Under the pieces are notes generated by a model. That model was given only the letters and a program-made list of their open reading frames with translations, did not search any database and was not told where the DNA came from. Source: Nitrospirota bacterium (GTDB lineage Bacteria; NPL-UPA2; JAADIA01). From it: a DNA stretch of 55,194 nt. Positions 9,098 to 18,586 of this stretch are shown here, piece after piece. The stretch is taken from contig JAADIA010000018.1 in the NCBI GenBank assembly GCA_013151555.1, positions 1 through 55,194 on the forward strand, given 5' to 3'. The position numbers were made by a program, and so were the translations under genes. Position 1 is the first letter of the stretch. Each line of letters begins with the position of its first letter.

Positions 9098-10351
9098 TTA
9101 TCTTAAAGGAGTAACGGTAAGAATCTTTCTGGCTTGCTCCGGATATGCAGCAATAAATTTCAACTCGTCGTTGGTAAGGGGTTTCTGGGTATGGACATTG
9201 GCATAACGGGCCAGCTCTAAGATTTTAGTAGCTTCCTCATCGTTTTTGAACTCTATCTCCAGCTTATCATAGACATTCCTAAATCCCTTGATACCCGCAT
9301 ATTCTCCGACGGTTATCTGCCGTCCCGTCTCTACTAACTCCGGTTCTCCCCGTCCTAGCTCCTCGTAATCATAAAGTTCATAATTCCGCCTGTCCTTAAG
9401 AGCTCCATCGGCATGAATTCCCGATTCATGGGCAAAGGCATTTTCCCCTACTCCCACCTGGTTTATCGGGAGAGGAACGCCAAAGGCATAGGAAGCATAT
9501 TTAGCAATTTTCCAGGCCCTGGAGAGGTCAATCCTTTCATCAAGGATATATTTATCATGGAGCCCACTGGACTTCTTGATCGCCAGAATCACCGAAACCA
9601 AATCAGCATTTCCGGCTCTCTCCCCCATCCCATTGATGGCTGTATTTATGTAGGTATCCACTCCCCCGTCTATTGCTCCCTTAGCTCCTGCCACTGAGCA
9701 AGCTACGGCCATTCCCAGATCGTTATGGCAGTGGATCTCTATCGGGAGATTCACCTCCTCCGCTAACATCTTTGCCCTCTGATAGATACTAAAAGGATCA
9801 TCGTAACCCAGAGTATCGCAATAGCGGAAACGGGTGGCTCCGTACTCTTTAGCTGTCCTGGCAAACCTGATAAGGTAATCATCATCAGTGCGAGAAGCAT
9901 CTTCAGCATTAACGCCGACAGTCTCTGCTCCCAATTCCTTAGCTTTCTCCAGGGATTGAATCATCATCTTAAGAACGTCTTCCCGGTTCTTTCTCCCTTG
10001 AAACTTCCCCAGAGTCATCTGCTTCGAAGTGGAGATGGAAAGATTCACATGTTTAAGTTTGGTAAGCTTAAAAGAATTCTCTACCTCCCTTTGAATCATC
10101 GGGCACCAGCCCTCCAAACGCATAGGCTTGATAACACCCATCTCCGCCAACTCTAAATTAGCATTAATATAACTTATCTCATGATGGGTATAAGGGAAAC
10201 CGAATTCACTCTGGAATACCCCCATCTCGTTAAGGAAGATATTTATCATTGTCTTCTCTAATTTAGCTAACCCTAATCGAGAAGTCTGCACCCCGTCTCT
10301 ATTAGTAACATCAACAAGGTATATTTTATTTTTCCTTTTTCCTTCACTCAT
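9098..10351 (-). CDS. DRE-TIM metallolyase (homocitrate synthase/LeuA family), probably Re-citrate synthase
   Basis: DVTNRDGVQ, HCHNDLG, NGMGERAGNA, FAHESGIHADG; no LeuA regulatory domain; from memory it resembles the Dehalococcoides Re-citrate synthase. Confidence 0.8.
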   Translation of the reverse strand: MSEGKRKNKIYLVDVTNRDGVQTSRLGLAKLEKTMINIFLNEMGVFQSEFGFPYTHHEISYINANLELAEMGVIKPMRLEGWCPMIQREVENSFKLTKLKHVNLSISTSKQMTLGKFQGRKNREDVLKMMIQSLEKAKELGAETVGVNAEDASRTDDDYLIRFARTAKEYGATRFRYCDTLGYDDPFSIYQRAKMLAEEVNLPIEIHCHNDLGMAVACSVAGAKGAIDGGVDTYINTAINGMGERAGNADLVSVILAIKKSSGLHDKYILDERIDLSRAWKIAKYASYAFGVPLPINQVGVGENAFAHESGIHADGALKDRRNYELYDYEELGRGEPELVETGRQITVGEYAGIKGFRNVYDKLEIEFKNDEEATKILELARYANVHTQKPLTNDELKFIAAYPEQARKILTVTPLR

Positions 10352-10366
10352 ATCTACCTCTCTATG

Positions 10367-10476
10367 GGTCGCCGCGCCAGGATGTCTTGCAAACGCAGAG
10401 CAGTTATGCCACAGTCCGCCTCAGGCGGACGAGGAATAAGAAAGCCAAGCGAGCAAGACCCCGCCAGTAGGCGACC
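10367..10476. repeat. Nested palindromic (REP/MITE-like) intergenic element
   Basis: GGTCGCC(10367)/GGCGACC(10470), GTCTTGC(10384)/GCAAGAC(10453), central GTCCGCC-TCA-GGCGGAC(10414-10430). Confidence 0.7.
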
Positions 10477-10478
10477 AC

Positions 10479-12059
10479 TCATAACTTCGCTAACCTAACT
10501 TGGAGAATTTCCTTTATCTCTTCTATATCCTTCAAGATCTTTTCGGAAACGGAACCATCCAGATTGAGAACAGTTAGTTCGTTTCCCCCTTTTGCCTTCC
10601 GGCCTAAAGTCATCGCAGCAATATTTATTCCTCCATCACCAAGAAGAGTTCCCAGCTTTCCGATGATCCCCGGCTTATCCTCATGGGAAGCAATAAGCAT
10701 ATACCCTCGGGGAACAGCATCCACATGAAAACCGTCCAGGCGAACAATTCGAGGATCCCGACGGCTAAAAAGGGTTCCGGACACCGATCCTTTATCCTGA
10801 GTGCTTTTCACCTCCAGGGAAATAAGACTGGCAAAGTCTTCCAGGGTATCGCTTGTCGTCTCCGTTACGCTAATTTCCCTTTCCTTGGCAATAACAGGAG
10901 CATTGACATAGTTGACGGCTTCTTTCAAGATAGGTTCTAAAAGACCTTTTAAAATAGCCGTCGTTATCGGGGCAAGGTCATAGTTGATAATCTCCCCACT
11001 GTACCTCACTCGCACGGCCAGAATACGGCCTTTTAAGAGTTGCGATTGGAGACGACCCAACTTTTCCGCTAATCCGAAATAAGGCTTTATTTCCTCATAA
11101 GCTTCCGGTTCAATGGAAGGAACATTAACAGCGTTACGGATAGTCCTTCCCTTAAGAACATCCACTATCTGATGAGCAATCTCTATAGCCACATTCCTCT
11201 GAGCTTCTTTAGTGGCCGCCCCGATATGAGGAGTAAGCACTAAATTATCCAGCTCCAGCAAAGGATTTTTATTCGGGGGTTCTTCCTCATAAACATCCAG
11301 GGCCGCTCCGGCAACCTTGCCGCTCTTCATTGCTTCGTAAAGAGCTTTCTCGTCGATAATTCCTCCCCGGGCACAGTTGATAATCCTCACCTCATCTTTC
11401 ATTAAGGCAAATTCCTTGCTTCCGATCAGATGCTTTGTCTCTTCGGTGAAAGGAGTATGGACAGTAATGTAGTCCGACCGGCGCAATAAGTCCTTCATCT
11501 CTACAAGCTCTACTTTCCATCTCTTAGCCGCTTCCGGAGAGAGAAAAGGATCACAGGCAATTGTTTGCATTCCTAAAGCCTGAACCCTCTTAGCTACCTC
11601 ACCCCCAATCCGCCCCAGCCCAACTATTCCCAGAACCTTTCCATGCACTTCTACCCCCATGAATCGTTTCCGGTCCCATTTGCCCTCTTTTAAAGAGATA
11701 TAAGCATGGGGAATATTTCGGGAAAGAGCTAAAAGTAAAGCAACGGTATGTTCCGCCGTAGAGATAGTATTTGCTCCGGGGCTGTTCATCACGATGATTC
11801 CGTTTTCAGTGGCAGCTTCTACATCTACATTATCCACTCCCACCCCGGCCCGGCCGACAACTTTCAGGTTCTTCGCCGCATTAATTAAATCCCTGGTTAC
11901 CTTAGTCCCACTCCTGATAATTAAGGCCTCGGCATCTTTGATCTTCTCTTTCAATTCTTCCAAGGGAAGCTTTACCGCAACTTCTACTTCAATGTCCTTT
12001 TCCTTCCTGAGAATTTCCAACCCTTCTTCAGCAAGAGGATCACTAACCAATATTTTCAT
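10479..12059 (-). CDS. serA: D-3-phosphoglycerate dehydrogenase, long form with ASB and ACT domains
   Basis: [31 protein letters not shown]; C-terminal DKPGIIG ACT domain. Confidence 0.97.
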   Translation of the reverse strand: MKILVSDPLAEEGLEILRKEKDIEVEVAVKLPLEELKEKIKDAEALIIRSGTKVTRDLINAAKNLKVVGRAGVGVDNVDVEAATENGIIVMNSPGANTISTAEHTVALLLALSRNIPHAYISLKEGKWDRKRFMGVEVHGKVLGIVGLGRIGGEVAKRVQALGMQTIACDPFLSPEAAKRWKVELVEMKDLLRRSDYITVHTPFTEETKHLIGSKEFALMKDEVRIINCARGGIIDEKALYEAMKSGKVAGAALDVYEEEPPNKNPLLELDNLVLTPHIGAATKEAQRNVAIEIAHQIVDVLKGRTIRNAVNVPSIEPEAYEEIKPYFGLAEKLGRLQSQLLKGRILAVRVRYSGEIINYDLAPITTAILKGLLEPILKEAVNYVNAPVIAKEREISVTETTSDTLEDFASLISLEVKSTQDKGSVSGTLFSRRDPRIVRLDGFHVDAVPRGYMLIASHEDKPGIIGKLGTLLGDGGINIAAMTLGRKAKGGNELTVLNLDGSVSEKILKDIEEIKEILQVRLAKL

Positions 12060-12084
12060 TTCTTTCTCTCCATGACTTAAAATG

Positions 12085-12167
12085 CAGACTTTAGACTTCA
12101 GACCTTAGACTCCCAACCAAAAAAATCCTTTACTCTTGGGTCTATAATCTATTGTCTATAGTCTACT
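12085..12167. repeat. 7-nt periodic inverted-arm element (AGAC/GTCT type)
   Basis: CAGACTT TAGACTT CAGACCT TAGACTC ... GGTCTAT AATCTAT TGTCTAT AGTCTAC; 19 bp identical to 51553..51571. Confidence 0.85.
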
Positions 12168-12178
12168 TCCGGTAGTTT

Positions 12179-13324
12179 TCATCCTTTGCTCTCCAACAGT
12201 ATTCTCTCTGCTGCTGCTACCCCACGGCCAAGCTCAACCTTATACCCCAATTCGGAGAGAACCATCTCCAGAGCAGACATAGCCAGGGTAACATCGAACT
12301 GACCCGCATAACCCAAATGAGCAATGCGGAAAATTTTTCCTTTGAGATGGGCCTGTCCTCCGGCAATGGTTACCCCCTGTTTTTCACGCATATTTTTAAC
12401 CAGGACGGTCCCATCAATTCCTTCCGGCACCTTCACTGCCGTCACGGCATTAGCCGGGGCTTGAGAAGCAAACAACTCCAGTCCTAAAGCAGTCACCCCG
12501 GCGCGAGTAGCTTCAGCCAGGCAAGCGTGCCTTTCCCAAACGTTTTCCAACCCCTCTTCCTTAATCATCTTCACCGCTTCCCGCAAGGCTATCACAAGGG
12601 AAACAGCCGGAGTAAACGGGTGGTCGTTTTTCTTCAGACTTATCCTGGTTTTCTCAAAACTGAGATAATATTTAGGGAGCTTTGATTCTCCAACTAACTT
12701 CCACCCCTTCTCGCTCAAACTGACAAACGCTAAGCCGGGAGGAATCATTAATCCTTTTTGGGACCCGGCTACGGTCACATCGACTTTCCAATCATCAGGT
12801 TTGAACTCCATTGCTCCCAGGCCGCTAATAGCATCGACTACCAGGACAGCTTCATGGTCCTTCACTACCGCCCCAATTCCTTTGATGTCATTAGCTACTC
12901 CCGTAGAAGTCTCACATAAAGTAGTAAAGACGGCTTTAATGTCTCCCTTTTCTTCCAATTTTCGGGCAATGTCTGCCGGCTCCACCGGGCTTCCCCATTC
13001 CACATCCAGAGGAATTACTTCTACCCCATAAGCTTCACCTATCTCTCCAAACCGTTCTCCGAACTTGCCTCCCCTGACCACCAAAATCTTATCGCCGGGA
13101 GAAAGAAGATTGGCTATAGTTCCCTCCATAGCACCTGTCCCTGAAGAAGTAAAGGTAAGGACCTCGTTCTCCGTCTGGAAGATATACTTCAACCCCTCAT
13201 TAACTTCCGAAAATATCTCTCTATATGCTGCGGTCCGGTGATGGATAATCGGTTGACTCATCGCCATCAACACTTCAGCAGGAACAGGCGTCGGCCCCGG
13301 CGCTAACAAATATTTCTTTTTCAT
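12179..13324 (-). CDS. Class V PLP aminotransferase (alanine-glyoxylate/serine-pyruvate type; probable SerC function)
   Basis: LLAPGPT, SGTGAME, ETSTGV, VDAIS, GSQKGL (PLP Lys), FRIAHLG; adjacent to serA. Confidence 0.92.
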   Translation of the reverse strand: MKKKYLLAPGPTPVPAEVLMAMSQPIIHHRTAAYREIFSEVNEGLKYIFQTENEVLTFTSSGTGAMEGTIANLLSPGDKILVVRGGKFGERFGEIGEAYGVEVIPLDVEWGSPVEPADIARKLEEKGDIKAVFTTLCETSTGVANDIKGIGAVVKDHEAVLVVDAISGLGAMEFKPDDWKVDVTVAGSQKGLMIPPGLAFVSLSEKGWKLVGESKLPKYYLSFEKTRISLKKNDHPFTPAVSLVIALREAVKMIKEEGLENVWERHACLAEATRAGVTALGLELFASQAPANAVTAVKVPEGIDGTVLVKNMREKQGVTIAGGQAHLKGKIFRIAHLGYAGQFDVTLAMSALEMVLSELGYKVELGRGVAAAERILLESKG

Positions 13325-15708
13325 AGTTTTTCTTTTCTCCTTGAACTTTTAACTTTTAACTTTGAACTTTTAACTTTCTTTTTATTCTCAATAGCTATCT
13401 TAAGCACCTCGTCCATATTTTCCACGAAACGAAAATTCAGTTCCCGTTTAACATTCTTAGGAATCTCTTCCAAATCTTTTTTGTTCTCACCCGGCAAGAT
13501 AACGGTCTTCATTCCCACTCGATGAGCAGCTAAAACCTTATCCTTAACTCCCCCGACAGGCAAAACTTTACCTCGAAGGGTAATTTCCCCCGTCATGGCT
13601 ATATCCTTATGCACCGGCTTTCCCGTTAAAGCAGAGACTATCGCCGTAGCCATAGTAATCCCTGCTGAGGGGCCATCCTTGGGAATAGCTCCTTCCGGAA
13701 TATGAACATGAATATCAAGATTTTTATAAAAACTTTCCCCGATTTTTAAATTCTTGGCCCGGGAACGGATATAGCTGAGAGCTGCCTGAGCACTCTCTTG
13801 CATTACCTCTCCCAGTTTCCCCGTTAAAATAAGTTTTCCTTTTCCCTTCATAGTAGAGACTTCTGCCGCCATTATGTCCCCTCCCGCTTCCGTCCAGGCC
13901 AATCCCGTGGCTACCCCTACTTCGTTCTTTTCCTCGGCCTTAGTAAGATGATATTTAGGAGAGCCCAAATATTTAGATAAGTTCCGGGCAGTTATCTTAA
14001 TTTTATCCCTTTTCTTCTTTGCTTGAGCTACAACCTTGGCTACCTTGCGACAGATAGAGGCTATCTCTCTCTCCACATTTCTCACCCCCGCTTCCCGAGT
14101 ATAGCAACGGATGATTTGCCTGAGGGCAAGCGAAGAGATAGAAAGATCCTTTCCTTTCAACCCGTGAACCTTCAACTGTTTGGGAATTAAAAAAAGCTCC
14201 GCAATTTTAACTTTCTCCTCCTCCGTATAGCCGGGAAGATGAAGTATTTCCATCCGGTCCTGCAAAGGAGGGGGTATAGCCTGCTGAGTATTGGCAGTAG
14301 TGATAAAAAAGACATCGGACAAATCAAAATCAACTTCTAAATAATGGTCATTAAAAGCGTTATTCTGCTCCGGATCCAGAACCTCCAGGAGTGCCGCTGA
14401 AGGGTCTCCCCTGAAATCAACACTCATCTTATCCACTTCATCCATTAAAAATACGGGGTTCTTCGTCTTGGCCTTTTTCATGGACTGGATAATTCTTCCC
14501 GGCAAAGCCCCGATATAAGTTCTCCGATGGCCTCTTATCTCGGCTTCATCTCTTACCCCTCCCAAAGACATGCGAACAAAATTTCTTCCCAGAGCCCGGG
14601 AAACAGACTTAGCTAAAGAGGTCTTTCCTACTCCGGGAGGACCTACAAAACAAAGAATAGGACCTTTCATTTTCTTTACCAGTTTACGCACCGCTAAAAA
14701 CTCTAATATTCTTTCTTTGACCTTCTCTAATCCATAGTGGTCCTCGTTAAGAATCTTCTCGGCATTCTCAATGTTAAGGTTATCCTTGGTCTTCTTTGAC
14801 CAGGGCACAATGATTAACCAATCGATATAATTGCGGATAACCGTAGCTTCCGGAGAAGTCGGCATCATCCTGGAAAGACGATCCAATTCCGTGTTTGCTT
14901 TCTCTTCTGCCTCCTTAGGCATTTTAGCCTCAGCAATCTTCTTCCGGAGACTTTCTATCTCAACCGCATACTCGTCTTTTTTTCCCAATTCTTTTTCAAT
15001 GGCCTTAAGTTGTTCATGAAGGAAATAATCTTTTTGACTCTTTTCCACCTGTTTACGAACCTCGCCGAATATTTTCCTTTCAATCTGTAATATCTCTATT
15101 TCCATGCTTAAAATTGCCGTCAATTTCCGCAACCTCTCCTCCGGCAAGACTGTTTCCAGAACGAGTTGTTTATCCTCAATCTTCAGGGTAAGGTGAGATG
15201 CTACGGTATCCGCTAATCTTTCCGGATCATCAACGCTAGCTAAGGAATTAGCAACCTCATCCGATATCCGGGGATTCAACCTCACATAGTTATCAAATTG
15301 AGTCTTCACGGATCTCATCAAAGCTTCTATCTCAGGAGTATGTTTTATATCAACCTTTATTTCCTCAATCTCCACTTGAAAGAAAGGGGAAGAAGAGATA
15401 AACTGTTTGAGACGAGCCCGGAATATTCCTTCCACCAGCACCCGCGTAGAATTATCAGGAAGCTTAATAACCTGGAGGATTTCAGCTACCGTTCCCACTC
15501 GATGGATATCCGCTTCCGTAGGATCATTAACCTTAGCTTCCTTCTGAGCCGCAAGAAGAATCAGATGATCCTTCTCCATGGTTTTCTCTACCGCTTCCAG
15601 GGAAGATTCTCTCCCCACCAGGAGAGGAATCACCATGTGCGGGAAGACTACCACATCCCGCAATGGAAGCAAGGGCAAATTCTTGGATTTTTTTTTCGAG
15701 TTCTTCAT
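13321..15708 (-). CDS. lon: ATP-dependent protease La
   Basis: [10 protein letters not shown], Walker [25 protein letters not shown] catalytic Ser. Confidence 0.99.
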   Translation of the reverse strand: MKNSKKKSKNLPLLPLRDVVVFPHMVIPLLVGRESSLEAVEKTMEKDHLILLAAQKEAKVNDPTEADIHRVGTVAEILQVIKLPDNSTRVLVEGIFRARLKQFISSSPFFQVEIEEIKVDIKHTPEIEALMRSVKTQFDNYVRLNPRISDEVANSLASVDDPERLADTVASHLTLKIEDKQLVLETVLPEERLRKLTAILSMEIEILQIERKIFGEVRKQVEKSQKDYFLHEQLKAIEKELGKKDEYAVEIESLRKKIAEAKMPKEAEEKANTELDRLSRMMPTSPEATVIRNYIDWLIIVPWSKKTKDNLNIENAEKILNEDHYGLEKVKERILEFLAVRKLVKKMKGPILCFVGPPGVGKTSLAKSVSRALGRNFVRMSLGGVRDEAEIRGHRRTYIGALPGRIIQSMKKAKTKNPVFLMDEVDKMSVDFRGDPSAALLEVLDPEQNNAFNDHYLEVDFDLSDVFFITTANTQQAIPPPLQDRMEILHLPGYTEEEKVKIAELFLIPKQLKVHGLKGKDLSISSLALRQIIRCYTREAGVRNVEREIASICRKVAKVVAQAKKKRDKIKITARNLSKYLGSPKYHLTKAEEKNEVGVATGLAWTEAGGDIMAAEVSTMKGKGKLILTGKLGEVMQESAQAALSYIRSRAKNLKIGESFYKNLDIHVHIPEGAIPKDGPSAGITMATAIVSALTGKPVHKDIAMTGEITLRGKVLPVGGVKDKVLAAHRVGMKTVILPGENKKDLEEIPKNVKRELNFRFVENMDEVLKIAIENKKKVKSSKLKVKSSRRKEKL

Positions 15709-15861
15709 TTATACCTTTCCCCAACTTTCTTCTGTAAATATCCAATCTGACGTAACCGGTTTATCCTTCGCGCTGTTCCCGCCAACGCTTTGTGACGGGA
15801 AAAATTCCGGTAAACTAACCAAGTTTACCTAAACAACGGTGGGCATACACCAGGAATAAGC

Positions 15862-16482
15862 CTACTTTCTGCGTCCAATTATCTCATCGATAATACCATA
15901 TTTTTCAGCCTGCTCAGCTGACAGGAAAAAGTCTCTATCTGTATCCTTTTGAATTTTCTCCAGTACTTGTCCCGTATGCTTGGCAAAAATCTCATTCAAC
16001 TCTTTCCGCAACCTGAGAATTTCCCGCGCCTGGATATCAATATCGGTCGCCTGCCCTTCTGCGCCCCCCATCGGCTGATGGAGAAGAACTCGAGTATGAG
16101 GCAAAGCTAATCTCTTCCCCTTAGCTCCCGCAGCTAATAACAAAGCTCCTCCGCTGGCAGCCTGGCCAACACAGATAGTGGAAATATCGGGTTTAACATA
16201 TTGCATAGTGTCATAGATCGCCAGCGTGGCTGTTACCGAACCACCGGGACTATTGACATAAAGATAAATATCCTTATTGGCATCTTCTGATTCCAGATAA
16301 AGAAGCTGGGATATGAGAATATTAGCTTCTAAATCCGAGATGACTGCCGAGCCGCCCCGGACCACCGTCATCGAACCACCCAAAAAGACTATTCTCTCTT
16401 TTAAAAGACGGTCGAAAATATCGTAATGGATTCTTCCTCTCCCATCATCTACCACTACTCCCGGCAATCTGTTCCACTCCAT
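15862..16482 (-). CDS. clpP: Clp protease proteolytic subunit
   Basis: [15 protein letters not shown] (Ser), LLHQP (His), DRDFF (Asp). Start placed at MEWN (16482) behind AGGAGG. Confidence 0.97.
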   Translation of the reverse strand: MEWNRLPGVVVDDGRGRIHYDIFDRLLKERIVFLGGSMTVVRGGSAVISDLEANILISQLLYLESEDANKDIYLYVNSPGGSVTATLAIYDTMQYVKPDISTICVGQAASGGALLLAAGAKGKRLALPHTRVLLHQPMGGAEGQATDIDIQAREILRLRKELNEIFAKHTGQVLEKIQKDTDRDFFLSAEQAEKYGIIDEIIGRRK

Positions 16483-16503
16483 TTTTGACCTCCTATTCAG
16501 CAT

Positions 16504-16571
16504 TAAGTTGTAAGGATTAAGAATTAAGCAAAAACTTAATCCTTAGAGCGAAGCGTCTTAATCCTTAATTC
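16504..16571. repeat. 7-nt periodic inverted-arm element (TAAG/CTTA type)
   Basis: TAAGTTG TAAGGAT TAAGAAT TAAGC ... CTTAATC CTTAGAG ... CTTAATC CTTAATT. Confidence 0.85.
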
Positions 16572-16575
16572 AGTA

Positions 16576-17880
16576 TTAGGGAACAATGATTCTCCCTCCG
16601 CCCGGTTTGCGAAACTTCTTCTCCTGGGGCATCAGCATCCTCACCTGATCCGGGGTAAGCACCAAAGGTTTCTCTTTCTCTTTCACCTCGGCCTGGTTTA
16701 TCAGAAAATCCAAAGTTTTCCTTCTTTTTATCCGATGAGCTAAATCTTCCCGATTTTCTTTGGTAAGAGAAATCTTGCTTTCTTCCGCCTCTTTCTTTAT
16801 TTCTTCCTCTGTCGCTACAATATTCTCTCTCCGGGAAATCTCCTCCAAAATCAGGGAGGACTTAACCTGTTTGATAGCCAGAGGCCGAAGTTTCTCCCGC
16901 AACTCGTTTTTCCCTTCCTCCTCATCCGAAGCCCGGGAGACGAGCATCAGATGATCAAGCTGCTCCTCGACCAAACGAGAAGGAAGTTCCATTTCATTCT
17001 CTTTTATTAGAAGATCAACTGCCTCACCCTGGAGCTTTCCTTCTTCTTCCTCCCGGGCCCGGGCTTCCAACTTATTCTTGATATCTTCCCGCAGCTCCGC
17101 CAGGCTATTGAACTCTCCCAGGTCCCGGGCAAACTCATCATCAACGATGAGAAGCCGACGTTCCTTGATTCCTTTCAGTTTAACCCGATAAAGCAGCTTC
17201 GCCGATGATTTCCCCTCCGGCAAGGGAACTTCTATTTCTTGCTCTTCATCCGCCTCCGGTAATTTACCAATCAGTTTCTCTTCAAATTCAGGAGGAAAGA
17301 CACCTGAACCCAGGCGGAAAAGATATCCTTCCGCACTTTGAAACGGCTTCTCATCAAGGAAGCTTTTAACATCGATCACTACCCAGTCATCCTTTTGCAC
17401 CGGACGACCTTCTACCGGAAGGAAGTCGGCATTCTCTTCCCGTTTCATCTCCAAAACTGCCTCTATTTCCTCGTTGCTAATTTCGATCCTTTCTCTTTCC
17501 AGAGACAACCCTTTATATTTCTTTACCTTCACGTCCGGCCAGGTCTCTATGGTAACCTGGAAAGAAAAAGGTTTTTTCTCTTCAGGGAGCTCTTCCCCAA
17601 CTTTCACATCCGGGTCACCCAAAGGAAAAATGTTTTTCTCCTTCACAGCTTCTGTATAAGCAACCGAAACGATTTTCTTCAAGGCCTCACTGGCGGCTAC
17701 TTCTCGAAAACGCTTTTTTAAAATGGGGAGAGGCACCTTTCCCTGTCGGAACCCATCCACCCGGGTTTCTCTTCCTAATTCCTTATAAGTTATTTCAAAT
17801 TGCCGGTCAACTTCTTCAGCCGAAACCTCGATCTTAAATTGCTGCTTACATTCGGGTAGTTTTTCTATTTCTATTTTCAT
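16576..17880 (-). CDS. tig: Trigger factor
   Basis: Ribosome-binding motif VDGFRQGKVP, FKBP-like middle domain, VDDEFARDLG; upstream of clpP. Confidence 0.95.
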   Translation of the reverse strand: MKIEIEKLPECKQQFKIEVSAEEVDRQFEITYKELGRETRVDGFRQGKVPLPILKKRFREVAASEALKKIVSVAYTEAVKEKNIFPLGDPDVKVGEELPEEKKPFSFQVTIETWPDVKVKKYKGLSLERERIEISNEEIEAVLEMKREENADFLPVEGRPVQKDDWVVIDVKSFLDEKPFQSAEGYLFRLGSGVFPPEFEEKLIGKLPEADEEQEIEVPLPEGKSSAKLLYRVKLKGIKERRLLIVDDEFARDLGEFNSLAELREDIKNKLEARAREEEEGKLQGEAVDLLIKENEMELPSRLVEEQLDHLMLVSRASDEEEGKNELREKLRPLAIKQVKSSLILEEISRRENIVATEEEIKKEAEESKISLTKENREDLAHRIKRRKTLDFLINQAEVKEKEKPLVLTPDQVRMLMPQEKKFRKPGGGRIIVP

Positions 17881-17893
17881 AACACCCCCATAA

Positions 17894-18038
17894 AGACAGA
17901 AGTCAGAAAACAGATATCAGAAGCCAGAAAATAAAATTAGAAATAAAGGTTCTTCTAATCCCTAATCCCTGTTTTTTTGTTTTTTGTTTTTTGTTTTTTG
18001 TCTTTTGTTCTCTGTCTTCTGTCTTCTGTTTTCTATCT
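17894..18038. repeat. 7-nt periodic inverted-arm element (CAGA/TCTG type)
   Basis: CAGAAGT CAGAAAA CAGATAT CAGAAGC CAGAAAA ... (TTTTTTG)n ... TCTGTCT TCTGTCT TCTGTTT TCTATCT. Confidence 0.88.
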
Positions 18039-18044
18039 TTGGAG

Positions 18045-18116
18045 AGCGGGTGATGGGGTTCGAACCCACGACATCTACCTTGGCAAGGTAGCGCTCTACC
18101 ACTGAGCTACACCCGC
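18045..18116 (-). tRNA. tRNA-Gly(GCC)
   Basis: GCGGGTG acceptor stem, anticodon arm CTACC-TTGCCAA-GGTAG, TTCGAAC T-loop; CCA not encoded directly after the discriminator. Confidence 0.97.
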
Positions 18117-18172
18117 AAATTATAGTTAAAAGTTTAAGGTCGAAAGGTTAAAGTTATAAAAACCTCTTCTCA

Positions 18173-18255
18173 TGGGCGGAAGAGGACTTGAACCTCCACG
18201 GATATTCTCCACGAGATCCTAAATCTCGCGCGTCTGCCAGTTCCGCCATCCGCCC
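18173..18255 (-). tRNA. tRNA-Leu(TAG)
   Basis: GGGCGGA acceptor, anticodon arm CGAGA-TTTAGGA-TCTCG, long variable arm, TTCAAGT T-loop. Confidence 0.97.
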
Positions 18256-18264
18256 TGGAATCAA

Positions 18265-18343
18265 AGACAGGGGTCAGAGACCCGGGGTCAGTTTTCATAA
18301 AATACTACTCTGACCTCTAATCCCTCATCCCTGTTCCCTGATT
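18265..18343. repeat. 7-nt periodic inverted-arm element between tRNAs
   Basis: AGACAGG GGTCAGA GACCCGG GGTCAG ... TCTGACC TCTAATC CCTCATC CCTGTTC CCTGATT. Confidence 0.75.
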
Positions 18344-18362
18344 ACTGCTCCCTCATCATCAG

Positions 18363-18435
18363 TGCCCCCACCAGGGCTCGAACCTGGGACACCCTGATTA
18401 AGAGTCAGGTGCTCTCCCAACTGAGCTATAGGGGC
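18363..18435 (-). tRNA. tRNA-Lys(CTT)
   Basis: GCCCCTA/TGGGGGC acceptor, anticodon arm CCTGA-CTCTTAA-TCAGG, TTCGAGC T-loop. Confidence 0.96.
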
Positions 18436-18586
18436 TTAAAACCAAGGTTATACTAACATAACTACTTCCTCTTTGGCAAGAAAATTCCTCACCTTCGCTC
18501 CTCATTTCTTTTTGAGGGGGATACCTCTGCCCCCCTCAACGTTCGCTCCCGCTCCCTGCTCTCCCCAACCCCTTCGGGGAAATCAG

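Noticed and set aside
17894-18038. Possible CRISPR array in the repeat-rich spacers
   Set aside because: Units are 7-9 nt and contiguous, there are no 25-45 nt repeats with unique spacers, and no cas genes are present.
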